Virus record (IMG/VR): IMGVR_UViG_3300024346_000012
DNA length: 64,000 nt
Strand: one strand, 5' to 3'
Source of the DNA: a virus
Below, one piece after another: positions 25,529-34,604 of the stretch (positions are counted from its first letter, which is position 1; every line of letters begins with the position of its first letter). Both the position numbers and the translations under genes were made by a program. The notes under the pieces are model-generated. The model was not told where the DNA came from, searched no databases, and was given only the letters and a program-made list of their open reading frames with translations.

Positions 25529-25558
25529 GTTTTGTTTGTAATCAATGACTTAGAATTT

Positions 25559-26041
25559 TTATCCAAATCTAGCTAAATACTGCGCTATTCGTCCAACAAA
25601 AGGTAGTAGCATAAGAGCCATAAGTAGGTTCATTCCAGTATGTGCCATTGCAATTCGTAGCGTATCACCTTTAGGCATTCCATCAGAGACAAATAAACCA
25701 GCCAGCCATATTGTACCTGTCGTACCAATATTAGCACCAAGAACGCATGCAATAGCTGCAGGCAGCGGTAAAGCACCAGAAGCAACTAATGCAATAATAG
25801 CAGTAGTAGATAGTGAAGATGATTGCCATAGCAATGTCATGATAATTCCACCAAAAAACATATAGATCGGACTACCTAGAAACCAGTTAAGGTGTTCCAT
25901 ATTCCCCATAGATTTCATTCCACCTGAGAATGTCTTAAGTCCAATATAAAAAATGACCAGCCCAACAAGGGCTGTTATCATCGGGTTTCCTAGATCCATT
26001 TTCTTCACCTTTTTCCAAAGTTTTTCACCTTCATTTTTCAT
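25559..26041 (-). CDS. Na+/Pi cotransporter family protein (single repeat)
   Basis: LWQSSSLST and LGANIGTT signature motifs; several TM helices. Confidence 0.85.
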   Translation of the reverse strand: MKNEGEKLWKKVKKMDLGNPMITALVGLVIFYIGLKTFSGGMKSMGNMEHLNWFLGSPIYMFFGGIIMTLLWQSSSLSTTAIIALVASGALPLPAAIACVLGANIGTTGTIWLAGLFVSDGMPKGDTLRIAMAHTGMNLLMALMLLPFVGRIAQYLARFG

Positions 26042-26463
26042 TAGACGATACTCGGCAGATCGCCATGATTGCCTTCGTGTGATGGCCCTTGCCAACCACT
26101 TGGCTTTAGTAAATCGGGCAATCCAAAACGATTAGGGCGACCAGGCTTTACGCCTGGCTCTTTTGCCATATTAGCTTGGTATATAGCATCCCATGCTTTA
26201 TTAGCATCAACACCCATAATATCAAGAGTGCCGATAGCAAATACGCACATATCAATTAGACCATCAACGACTTCCTCTGCATCAGAATTATTAATAGCAG
26301 ACAATGTCTCTTGGTATTCTTCACCGATCATAAGCATACGAAACATGAGATATTTCTGCATAAGATCTTTATTTTCTTTATTGGCTTCAAACCACTCACG
26401 TACGCCGAATTTGTTATGCATCATGTACATGTCATTAGCAAAATCACTCATTTTATTCTCCAT
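26041..26463 (-). CDS. MazG-like all-alpha dNTP pyrophosphatase (possible dCTPase/dUTPase)
   Basis: EEYQE, EVVDGLID, ANMAK and DLLKPSGW motifs. Confidence 0.8.
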   Translation of the reverse strand: MENKMSDFANDMYMMHNKFGVREWFEANKENKDLMQKYLMFRMLMIGEEYQETLSAINNSDAEEVVDGLIDMCVFAIGTLDIMGVDANKAWDAIYQANMAKEPGVKPGRPNRFGLPDLLKPSGWQGPSHEGNHGDLPSIV

Positions 26464-26477
26464 ATTTAATATAATTT

Positions 26478-26506
26478 ATTCTACAATATTTTACAAGCAT
26501 TGTACA
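26478..26506 (-). promoter_or_regulatory. Sigma70-like promoter TGTACA-N17-TAGAAT
   Basis: Promoter family match. Confidence 0.7.
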
Positions 26507-26508
26507 TA

Positions 26509-26751
26509 CTATAATAATCCAAGCTGAAAGTTTCCATCAAGTTTTTTAATTCCTAACGCCCAATTCTGCGCAGCGTCTTCAACATAGCGTGTGGTCTTAT
26601 TGGGGAAATCCTCTTCGAAAAACTTAACATCATTATCATCAAAGTATTTTATAAAAGCCACTTCTTCTTTAAAGTCCATCCATACTTCCGCATATCCCTT
26701 TCCGCTATCTGCGTGAAAGGTGCTAATCTTTCTTTGACGACCGTGAAACAT
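26509..26751 (-). CDS. Hypothetical protein
   Basis: YVEDAAQNWALG motif; AAGGAG RBS. Confidence 0.65.
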   Translation of the reverse strand: MFHGRQRKISTFHADSGKGYAEVWMDFKEEVAFIKYFDDNDVKFFEEDFPNKTTRYVEDAAQNWALGIKKLDGNFQLGLL

Positions 26752-26754
26752 ATT

Positions 26755-27441
26755 TTACTCCTTTATAAAGTCTATGATACTAGGATATATTATACTTATG
26801 GCGTTCGCTATTTCTTTTGCCAGGTCCATGTGCTCTTGTTGTGTACCATTTGAGGATCTTAGATCAATATAGTGAATCCATGACCTAATAGTACCATTTA
26901 CGTAGAGCCGAGAGACAGTATTTCCTTCTGGTAAAACTGCACGGGCTTGCTCTTTCGCAATACCGTTTGCTAGTGCCCAGCTGTATGCCGCCTTTGAGCA
27001 GGCGATCACATCGGCTTGCATCTCAGCCCAACGTTCTTGTAGATCGGCATCATCTGTTACGACAGAGTTTTGACGATTTTTAGGATCTTGCATTCGAGCA
27101 TCACGAATTACAAAATTATCATTAAGATCACGGATGTCAGCATACCGCTGAGAAAACTCTTGAAACGAAAATGATCGGTGACGTAGAAACTGTCTAGCGA
27201 TATCTCTTGTTGTTTCAATTTCCATGGTAACAGAAGCCATTTCAAACGGAGACCAATGCTTATGCTCAATAAGATAATTAAGAAGTTTTGCTGTAGTTTT
27301 TGTATTACTTTGATTATTTGGATTTGATACTCGAGCGCAATACGCAATCAAATCTTGAATGTTATCTAAACCCATAATACCAAGATCACCTGAGTGAACA
27401 TGTCTTACTGGTTGAGTATATGATAGGAGACGAGTTTTCAT
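26755..27441 (-). CDS. thyX: Flavin-dependent thymidylate synthase
   Basis: HWSPFE and RHRSFSFQEFSQRY signature motifs. Confidence 0.95.
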   Translation of the reverse strand: MKTRLLSYTQPVRHVHSGDLGIMGLDNIQDLIAYCARVSNPNNQSNTKTTAKLLNYLIEHKHWSPFEMASVTMEIETTRDIARQFLRHRSFSFQEFSQRYADIRDLNDNFVIRDARMQDPKNRQNSVVTDDADLQERWAEMQADVIACSKAAYSWALANGIAKEQARAVLPEGNTVSRLYVNGTIRSWIHYIDLRSSNGTQQEHMDLAKEIANAISIIYPSIIDFIKE

Positions 27442-27557
27442 TACTTACCTTGACCTCTGTACTTTTTAAAACTTCTTTTCTTTGATTTGTTCATAGAAGA
27501 CGTTTTAACATTACGACTTCCGATACTTGTCTTTTTATTTTTTTCTATTACAGCCAT
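27441..27557 (-). CDS. 38-aa basic protein ending KKYRGQGK (not in ORF track)
   Basis: MAVIEKNKKTSIGSRNVKTSSMNKSKKRSFKKYRGQGK; AAGGA RBS; TAATG coupling to thyX. Confidence 0.7.
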   Translation of the reverse strand: MAVIEKNKKTSIGSRNVKTSSMNKSKKRSFKKYRGQGK

Positions 27558-27570
27558 TATTTATTTCCTT

Positions 27571-28938
27571 TCATTGTATTTTAAAGTCCTTAAACCTTTG
27601 GTTCATTTCAGTTTTATCAAAAGTGGGAACATCATTTACTACACCTTCAGTTCCATTTTCTTCATCTATCAGCCTCATACGAGATTTATCAATTCCAATA
27701 ACAAATCTCTTATTGTTATTAGGATCGTTATATCTATTCTTTAATTGTTTAACCATTATTTGGCCTTGAGCTTCAAGCTCTTCTGAAGATATAAGGGCAA
27801 ACATTAGATCTGCCGTTGCGGGTAATCCAAAAGACTCGCTCGTATCTTCAAGCCCAGGATCCGAGCTACCAAAACCACTACGCGTCGTTTGCGTTGCAGA
27901 TACAAGCGGGACGTTAAACTCAACTGCAAGTCCTCGTAATTCTTCAGCAATTGCTTTGATATAAGTGTAAGAGTTAATTGCACCACCCATTCCTTTCATT
28001 CGAGAAGAAGAACATATATTAAGGTAATCAATAAATATCATTTCTGGCACAAAGTTCTTCTTGAGTTTAAGCTCATTTAACAGTGCTCTAAAATGGCCTG
28101 TATGAGCAGAACCAGTGGGATATTCTTTGATAATGAGCTTGCCGTTTGTTCTAGATGCGAGCTTATCTACCTTCGAAGTTAGCATCTCTTTAGTGATATG
28201 CTGTAGCTGGTCAAGAGGGATATTTAGCAGATTGGCATCAATCCGTTCTGCAATACGTTCTTCTGCCATTTCCATAGTTATGTATAATACGTTTTTACCT
28301 TGAGTTAAAACATTACCTGCCATGTGGCACATAAACAATGATTTACCTACACCTGTACCAGCAAGAGCAATGTTAAGAGTTTTGTTAGGTAATCCGCCTT
28401 TTGTGATTTGATTAAAGTATTCTAAATCAAAAGGAATACGCTCTTCATCTTCATGATAAAAATCATATCGTTTTTCAACATCTTCAATATAGTCGTGACC
28501 TACTGAAGGATCAAAGGTTACTGCTAAAGCTTTTGTTAGGAGATCTGGCATAGCATTCTTAGTAAGAGACTTATGCTTCCCATCAATAATACTTATTGAT
28601 TCCATGACAGCATTATGAATAGCCCTATCTTGACACCATTTTTCAGTAGTGCTCATAAGCCATTCTTGATCAGCATTATCCTTTTCAAACAGCACTGGAA
28701 TAATCTCCATGGCTGCACCATACATATCTTGATTAAACCTATCAGATCCATCGACTTCAATCTTAAGAGAATCTTTAGTCGGCAGTGTATTGAATTTTGC
28801 TACATATGCTGCAGCTTCTTTAAAAAGAAGATTGTAAACTCCTTGAAAATAATCTGGCTGAATAAACGGTAGAACCTTACGCATATAAGATTCGTTATTC
28901 AACACATTTCGTAATATTACTTGTTCTACGTTACTCAT
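27571..28938 (-). CDS. 41: Replicative DNA helicase
   Basis: Walker A AGTGVGKS; YITMEMAE, IKEYPT and SESFGLPATAD motifs. Confidence 0.95.
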   Translation of the reverse strand: MSNVEQVILRNVLNNESYMRKVLPFIQPDYFQGVYNLLFKEAAAYVAKFNTLPTKDSLKIEVDGSDRFNQDMYGAAMEIIPVLFEKDNADQEWLMSTTEKWCQDRAIHNAVMESISIIDGKHKSLTKNAMPDLLTKALAVTFDPSVGHDYIEDVEKRYDFYHEDEERIPFDLEYFNQITKGGLPNKTLNIALAGTGVGKSLFMCHMAGNVLTQGKNVLYITMEMAEERIAERIDANLLNIPLDQLQHITKEMLTSKVDKLASRTNGKLIIKEYPTGSAHTGHFRALLNELKLKKNFVPEMIFIDYLNICSSSRMKGMGGAINSYTYIKAIAEELRGLAVEFNVPLVSATQTTRSGFGSSDPGLEDTSESFGLPATADLMFALISSEELEAQGQIMVKQLKNRYNDPNNNKRFVIGIDKSRMRLIDEENGTEGVVNDVPTFDKTEMNQRFKDFKIQ

Positions 28939-29203
28939 TTTGCCCCATCGCGCTAGCCTGTTCTAATACATCATATAGTATACTGCCTACGTTCTTTTGT
29001 AAACCAATATCTTCATCAGGAACTAAATCTTCTATAGGTGAGGAGATTACTTCAAAATTAAAGCTTAAAGACTCATCTCCTTCATTTACTGCTAAAGCTC
29101 CGAACTGAAACACAGTCTCTATATAATCTCCTGTTTTTATTCTTATATTCCAGTTATCTTGACCCTCAACTGGAATAAATTCATAATCAGTGTTTTCTTT
29201 CAT
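28931..29203 (-). CDS. Hypothetical protein at the gp40 position
   Basis: Lies between uvsX and gp41. Confidence 0.55.
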   Translation of the reverse strand: MKENTDYEFIPVEGQDNWNIRIKTGDYIETVFQFGALAVNEGDESLSFNFEVISSPIEDLVPDEDIGLQKNVGSILYDVLEQASAMGQNE

Positions 29204-30249
29204 TATGCTTCTTCCACAATCTTATCCATATCTACTAGAGATTGATGACCAATACTGTATTGTTTTTTCAAGAAGTCTTTAAAATCTGTATTAGCAAAGA
29301 TTGGACTCCAGAAGGATTCATCAAGAGTGTCAGCGTGCCGAACCTTATGTCCAATTTCTCCAGTACTTTGATCAACCGCAGCATACCAGCCATTGGAAGG
29401 CTTAGTGACATAATTACCAGCAAGAGCACAATCGAGCAAGCCAGAGTACTTACGGACACCACCATCCCAAGAGACAGTGATAGGAATTTTAGATTTTTCT
29501 TTAACATAACGGCTTTTCTCCACGTTAATTACGAAATGATAACCTTGTATTTCTGTACCCTTTTTATCTTGTTGACGACCTAAGATCCAAATATTATCTG
29601 CAGAATAATAAATTCCGGTGCCACCACCTACAATGGCTTTTGGAAACAAGCCAATTTCCATATACGTATGGTTAACAGCAATCAGAGGAATATTCTTCAT
29701 TGTAAGATATGGTGTCGACATACGAAATAAACCTTTTAAAGCTTTCGCACGTGACATATCTGCTACTGATTTTTCATTGATTGCATCATCTAGCTCTTTC
29801 TTAGAAGCTAAGTTACCAATAGAATCAATTACAACAATTACTTTGTCATCTCTCGAAATTTCTTCTAATTGAGAAATAAGATCAAATTTAAGCTCTTCTA
29901 CATTTGTAATTGGTGTATGTAAAATGCGGGTTGTATCAATATCAAACTGCTCGAAATAAGCTTGAGGAGAACCAAACTCTGAATCATAAAATAGCATAAC
30001 AGCTTCTGGGTGCTTTTTCAGATACGATGCTGCCATCAGTAAAGCAAACGATGTTTTAAAATGTTTTGAAGGCCCAGCCAGTACTGTAAGTCCAGGTGCC
30101 AGTCCTCCATCGACAGAACCTGAAAGTGCTACGTTAATCATAGGTACATCAGTTGGTGTCATATCTACTTCTGTAAAGAATTTTGAGTCCGCAAGAACTT
30201 CAGAAGTTTTGATTTTACTGTTTTTCTTCAGTTTGTCCATAATCGACAT
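29203..30249 (-). CDS. uvsX: RecA-like recombinase
   Basis: AGPSKHFKT, FYDSEFG, DSIGNLAS and GGGTGIYYSAD motifs. Confidence 0.95.
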   Translation of the reverse strand: MSIMDKLKKNSKIKTSEVLADSKFFTEVDMTPTDVPMINVALSGSVDGGLAPGLTVLAGPSKHFKTSFALLMAASYLKKHPEAVMLFYDSEFGSPQAYFEQFDIDTTRILHTPITNVEELKFDLISQLEEISRDDKVIVVIDSIGNLASKKELDDAINEKSVADMSRAKALKGLFRMSTPYLTMKNIPLIAVNHTYMEIGLFPKAIVGGGTGIYYSADNIWILGRQQDKKGTEIQGYHFVINVEKSRYVKEKSKIPITVSWDGGVRKYSGLLDCALAGNYVTKPSNGWYAAVDQSTGEIGHKVRHADTLDESFWSPIFANTDFKDFLKKQYSIGHQSLVDMDKIVEEA

Positions 30250-31063
30250 GTTGTTCTATTTCCCTTTGGTCTAATTCATATTGAGATCTGTATTCATTAT
30301 TAATTCTAACACATTCTCCTAGTAATGTAAACCCTTTATCTAAATTAAATAACGCGCTTGTATCCTTTGGAAAGCAAGCTCCTCCGTATCCTCGCTTATT
30401 ATCAAGCCCAGGAACTGCAGAATGAGATCTACCTATTCTACTATCCGATGTTATAGCATTCACTATCTTATTATAAGCTGCTTCGTTATTTTCTACTACA
30501 TCATATAGCTGATTAAAAAACAGAACTTTCATAGCTAAGAAAGAGTTAATTCCATATTTTACAAAACTAGCGTCTACCGCAGACATTCGATGTACTGGAC
30601 AAGGTCTACAAAGGCTATATTCTTTATAGTAGAATTCTAGGTTGTCGATAAATCCGTCGTTTCCGCCAAAGATATGCTTATCAGGATTTATGAAATCATC
30701 TATAGCATTCTTTTCTGTTAAAAACTCTGGGTTATATACGATTCTAGTACCGCCCGAACCTACTACGAGTTTTTTAATTATATCAGGAGTTACCGTAGAT
30801 TTGATAACAATTATTCCGGACATTCGTTCTTTTAGCTCTTTAACTGTATCTACCAGAATGGTGGAATCTATAGAACCGTCTTTATTCATAGGAGTTGGTA
30901 CACAAACAAACGTTATATTTTCTTCTAGATTAACGTCCTTTAAACTGTTATAGCAGGTTTTACCGTATTTAGGATCAACAATTTGCATTCTTACTTTAGG
31001 AGTTCTAAATCCATACTCTACAGCTCTACCCACAAAACCATAGCCAACTATAGTTATTTTCAT
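30215..31063 (-). CDS. UDP-glucose/GDP-mannose dehydrogenase family protein
   Basis: GYGFVG, CVPTP, KSTV, NPEFL and GYGGACFPKD motifs. Confidence 0.9.
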   Translation of the reverse strand: MKITIVGYGFVGRAVEYGFRTPKVRMQIVDPKYGKTCYNSLKDVNLEENITFVCVPTPMNKDGSIDSTILVDTVKELKERMSGIIVIKSTVTPDIIKKLVVGSGGTRIVYNPEFLTEKNAIDDFINPDKHIFGGNDGFIDNLEFYYKEYSLCRPCPVHRMSAVDASFVKYGINSFLAMKVLFFNQLYDVVENNEAAYNKIVNAITSDSRIGRSHSAVPGLDNKRGYGGACFPKDTSALFNLDKGFTLLGECVRINNEYRSQYELDQREIEQHVDYGQTEEKQ

Positions 31064-31497
31064 GTAAGACCTCCAATGTCTTTTTTAAGTTCTTCTCCAT
31101 ACACTCTATCGCGTAAATCGCTAGTGGAGAATCTATGGTCTCTTTTATTAAAATAAATTTCTATTCCTCGGGCAGAGCAAGTAGCTCTTCCAGTAAATTT
31201 TCCGTCTTTATATTCTTGACCTATAATTCTAACATCTATATCAAACATTTTTAAAATATCTTCTATGTCTGTTTCGGTCTCATAGGGTATAATTTCATTT
31301 ACATATTTTACAGCTTGTAGTTGCATCCATCTTTCTACTAGTGTTTGAACTGGTGTGTTTTTTTCAGATCTTTCCGCGGCAGGATTTACTTGTAAACCAC
31401 AGATTAGATAATCACATTGATTTTTTGCTTCTCTTAGCATAGCGATATGACCTGCGTGTAACAAATCAAAAGTGCTAAATGTTATTCCTATAGCCAT
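31060..31497 (-). CDS. TagD-like cytidylyltransferase
   Basis: STFDLLHAGH and RDHRFSTS motifs. Confidence 0.85.
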   Translation of the reverse strand: MAIGITFSTFDLLHAGHIAMLREAKNQCDYLICGLQVNPAAERSEKNTPVQTLVERWMQLQAVKYVNEIIPYETETDIEDILKMFDIDVRIIGQEYKDGKFTGRATCSARGIEIYFNKRDHRFSTSDLRDRVYGEELKKDIGGLT

Positions 31498-31530
31498 AGC
31501 TCTTTTAAGACCTTCCATGTTGCTTGCCAA

Positions 31531-31707
31531 TTAGTCAATTGATATTTCCTCATCTTCTTCAAACTGAACAAACAATTTTAGTGTTCTCATATCGTCTTGA
31601 AGCTGTACTTTCACCTCACCTACTCGGTTTTTAGTGTATGAGCGACCATTGTTATCAATAACTTCTACTCTATTTACATCTAAAAACAGCTTATCAAGTA
31701 CCATCAT
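31531..31707 (-). CDS. Hypothetical protein
   Basis: RVEVIDNNGRSY and LQDDMRTLKLF motifs; start probably MMVLDK. Confidence 0.55.
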   Translation of the reverse strand: MMVLDKLFLDVNRVEVIDNNGRSYTKNRVGEVKVQLQDDMRTLKLFVQFEEDEEISID

Positions 31708-32062
31708 GCTCAATCTCATCTTGGTGAAATCCAACACTTTCTCGTTCAATATCGTTATGATTAAACTCGGCCCAATATAGTTCATATGCTATACCATCTT
31801 CAACACACTCAAATTGATGATAAAGACCAGGTTTAACTTTATGATAATCGCCTTCTTCTAGAATAGTAACATCAACTAAATCGTAGTCGCGTTGCCATGT
31901 ACGAATAAGCATTCTGCCTGACTCTACATAGAACCCATTCCACTTGTAGCGGTGCAAATGCTTCGAGCATACACCGCCTTCAAACATTTCAATACGGTGA
32001 AACTCTAAAGCGCCATTTGCTTCAATCAGTTCTGTCGTACCCCATACTTTTCCAGCTTTCAT
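31694..32062 (-). CDS. Cupin (sugar isomerase-like)
   Basis: KVWG, CSKHLH-x2-KWNGFYV and PGLYHQF motifs. Confidence 0.75.
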   Translation of the reverse strand: MKAGKVWGTTELIEANGALEFHRIEMFEGGVCSKHLHRYKWNGFYVESGRMLIRTWQRDYDLVDVTILEEGDYHKVKPGLYHQFECVEDGIAYELYWAEFNHNDIERESVGFHQDEIEHDGT

Positions 32063-32727
32063 TTTTCATTCCACTTCTTTGCATCTTCTGGTGTGTTGAT
32101 TTCTACTCCGTTAAACTCACATGGAAATACACCGATATCCCATCCATTTTTTAACCAGCGGAGTTGTTCTAGTTCTTCAATACGCTCTTCACGTGTGCCT
32201 GTCAAACCAGGATACATTTCTAACGCATTCCTCTTGTATCCATAAATTCCCAAGTGCCAATCACCATACCCAGTCATGCCTCTACCAAACCATAAACACT
32301 TATCTGCAGCTCTTACTAGTTTAACTGTATTAGGATCATTCTGTTGTTCCTCTGGCATCATAGCACACATAGTAGTAACAGGATAGTTTTTTAAATGCCA
32401 AATCGTCTTTTCGATCATTTCCTCTGTCACATCAGGCATATCACCTTGAACATTAATATACTGGTCATACTTACGAATTAGATTTATTGCGCCAGCACAT
32501 CTTTCAGTTCCATTTTGGTAATCAGTATTATCTATCCTACAATCATTATCATTAAATAGATGCGCAATAGACATATCGTCTGTTAGTACATATGTGTCGT
32601 AGCCAGTTGCTACACACTTATCATATACTCGTTTAACCATAGGAACACCATCTAAAAGTGTTAGTGGCTTACCAGGAAAACGTGTGCTGCCGTATCTAGC
32701 CGGTATAAGAATAGCGGTGGATGTCAT
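32059..32727 (-). CDS. kdsB: CMP-Kdo synthetase
   Basis: IPARYGSTRFPGKPL, NGTER, NVQGD, HLGIYGY and LEQLRWL motifs. Confidence 0.9.
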   Translation of the reverse strand: MTSTAILIPARYGSTRFPGKPLTLLDGVPMVKRVYDKCVATGYDTYVLTDDMSIAHLFNDNDCRIDNTDYQNGTERCAGAINLIRKYDQYINVQGDMPDVTEEMIEKTIWHLKNYPVTTMCAMMPEEQQNDPNTVKLVRAADKCLWFGRGMTGYGDWHLGIYGYKRNALEMYPGLTGTREERIEELEQLRWLKNGWDIGVFPCEFNGVEINTPEDAKKWNEK

Positions 32728-33469
32728 CTACGGTCCTTTCAAAATCTTCTAGTTTTAACATATTAGGACCATCGCTTGGTGCTAGATCAGGTTCAGGATG
32801 GACTTCCAAGAAAAAAGATTTAATCCCAAGAGCAGCCCCGCTACGAGCCAGCCCAGGCACGTAATCCCTATTACCGCCTGAACTATTGCCCTGTCCTCCG
32901 GGTTTTTGGGCAGAGTGCGTACAATCGAAAACAATATCATGTTTAAAATTGTCGAGCATATACATAAGCCCAGTATAGTCAACGACAAGAGTGTTATAGC
33001 CAAAACTAGTTCCTCGCTCAGTTATCCAAACGTCTTTAGCGCCTTCAGTCTTACTTATCACTCCTTTCATATCCCAAGGGGCCATGAACTGACCTTTTTT
33101 TATATTTACTATCTTGTCTGTGGCACAGGCTGCTTGGATTAAATCAGTCTGCCTGCACAAAAATGCAGGTATCTGATAGACATCAACAGCATCTTTAAAC
33201 TGTCGTTCAATGCGCCTAACTTGTACGTGGTCGTGCACATCAGTAAGTGTCTTTATACCTAACTCTGTTTTTATTGCAAGAAAGTCAGTAAGTGTTGCTT
33301 CTAGGCCCGTGCCACGTTTGCCTTGCATACTTGAGCGGTTTGCTTTATCGAAGCTTGCTTTGAAATAATACTCAAAGCCGTACTTATCGCACACTCGTTT
33401 ACACTCTCGTGCAATATCTGCTGACTCAGCTAACGACTCATGTTGACAAGGTCCTGCTATAATTCTCAC
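32696..33469 (-). CDS. kdsA: Kdo-8-phosphate synthase
   Basis: IAGPC, KASFDKANRSS, QIPAFLCRQTDL, NIKKGQF and APSDG motifs. Confidence 0.95.
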   Translation of the reverse strand: MRIIAGPCQHESLAESADIARECKRVCDKYGFEYYFKASFDKANRSSMQGKRGTGLEATLTDFLAIKTELGIKTLTDVHDHVQVRRIERQFKDAVDVYQIPAFLCRQTDLIQAACATDKIVNIKKGQFMAPWDMKGVISKTEGAKDVWITERGTSFGYNTLVVDYTGLMYMLDNFKHDIVFDCTHSAQKPGGQGNSSGGNRDYVPGLARSGAALGIKSFFLEVHPEPDLAPSDGPNMLKLEDFERTVDDIHRYSYTG

Positions 33470-33657
33470 CCTTCAAATCCTTTATGATTGCGGACAATAA
33501 ATTCAGTTTCTTCAGGAGTCAATTGAGTAATACGCTTATGCGCAGCATTCAATTGTTCTTGTAACTCTCTCACGTTCTGTTGAAGAATCTCGATTGTATT
33601 TGACTGTGATACAATTATCTTGCGGTTCTTTTCGGCTTCCATTTCATCTGGTAACAC
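33466..33657 (-). CDS. Small coiled-coil protein
   Basis: LQQNVRELQEQLNAAHKRI. Confidence 0.55.
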   Translation of the reverse strand: MLPDEMEAEKNRKIIVSQSNTIEILQQNVRELQEQLNAAHKRITQLTPEETEFIVRNHKGFEG

Positions 33658-34604
33658 TATTGTATAACTCCATTTTTATATGCGTATTCAAGCGCATTAT
33701 TAGCTTCGGTATCTAATGGCCTATTTTCGTATATATTAGCAGTATCTTTATCAAGCTGTCTTACTAGATCAACTATCTGGCTTGCAGTAATAGGATATTG
33801 CTTTTCAATAGCGTTTCCAGCAATAGAGATCATCATCTTATAAATCATTCTATATCTTCCAGTGCCATCAATGTTAGCGATGCTCATATACTCACGTAGA
33901 AGGGTTTTATTTACAAACGGGCAATCGCTATAGCTTGACCACACATAACTAGTATTATCTAGTTTAGATTTTCTGTAATCAATAATTTGTTCTTTCCAAG
34001 CATCTGGTAATCTGTCTAAAAAGTCTTTACTATTTTGTTTTTCGCTGTATTCCCATTTAGCCATAAGCGCTGATGGATCTATATCTACTCCATCGTCATT
34101 AGAGAATATGAAGTTATTAGCTTTATTGTAAGCTGCAGGCACATAATACATACGAGATAGGTCTTTAGTCTGTTTATCTCCAAGAGAATTAATCTCTGAG
34201 TTTAGAGCAAACCAAAAGTGTTTAATTCTATCCGCTTCAAGCCTTTCTGTAAGAGGAAATACAATACGAAACTTAGGTAGAGTATCATTGCTGCTAGCAG
34301 TAGAATAAACTATAAATCTATAGTTTCCAAATTTACCTATAAGATCACTCTCTAAGTCTCCTTGTGGCTCATAGTCGTCAACATCTACAGCAGCCCAACC
34401 TCCCCAATCTAGAACATTTTTATTAGCGCGTGTGGTATTCTTAACATAAGAAGAAGGAGAGATTAGCTCAGCATCTAGCTTATCATTTAATGGCCGTTCG
34501 GATAACTTGTATAGAAACTTCTTAAACTTATCCCATGAGTCAAAGTCTAGACGCCTATGAGTTTTATTATCATATCTATTTTTAAAAACAGTAAGAGAGT
34601 ACAT
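33657..34604 (-). CDS. AEP-superfamily primase/primase-polymerase-like protein
   Basis: AVDVDD, YSTASS, KFRIVFPL and KDLSRMYYVP motifs; helical C-terminal domain. Confidence 0.7.
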   Translation of the reverse strand: MYSLTVFKNRYDNKTHRRLDFDSWDKFKKFLYKLSERPLNDKLDAELISPSSYVKNTTRANKNVLDWGGWAAVDVDDYEPQGDLESDLIGKFGNYRFIVYSTASSNDTLPKFRIVFPLTERLEADRIKHFWFALNSEINSLGDKQTKDLSRMYYVPAAYNKANNFIFSNDDGVDIDPSALMAKWEYSEKQNSKDFLDRLPDAWKEQIIDYRKSKLDNTSYVWSSYSDCPFVNKTLLREYMSIANIDGTGRYRMIYKMMISIAGNAIEKQYPITASQIVDLVRQLDKDTANIYENRPLDTEANNALEYAYKNGVIQ

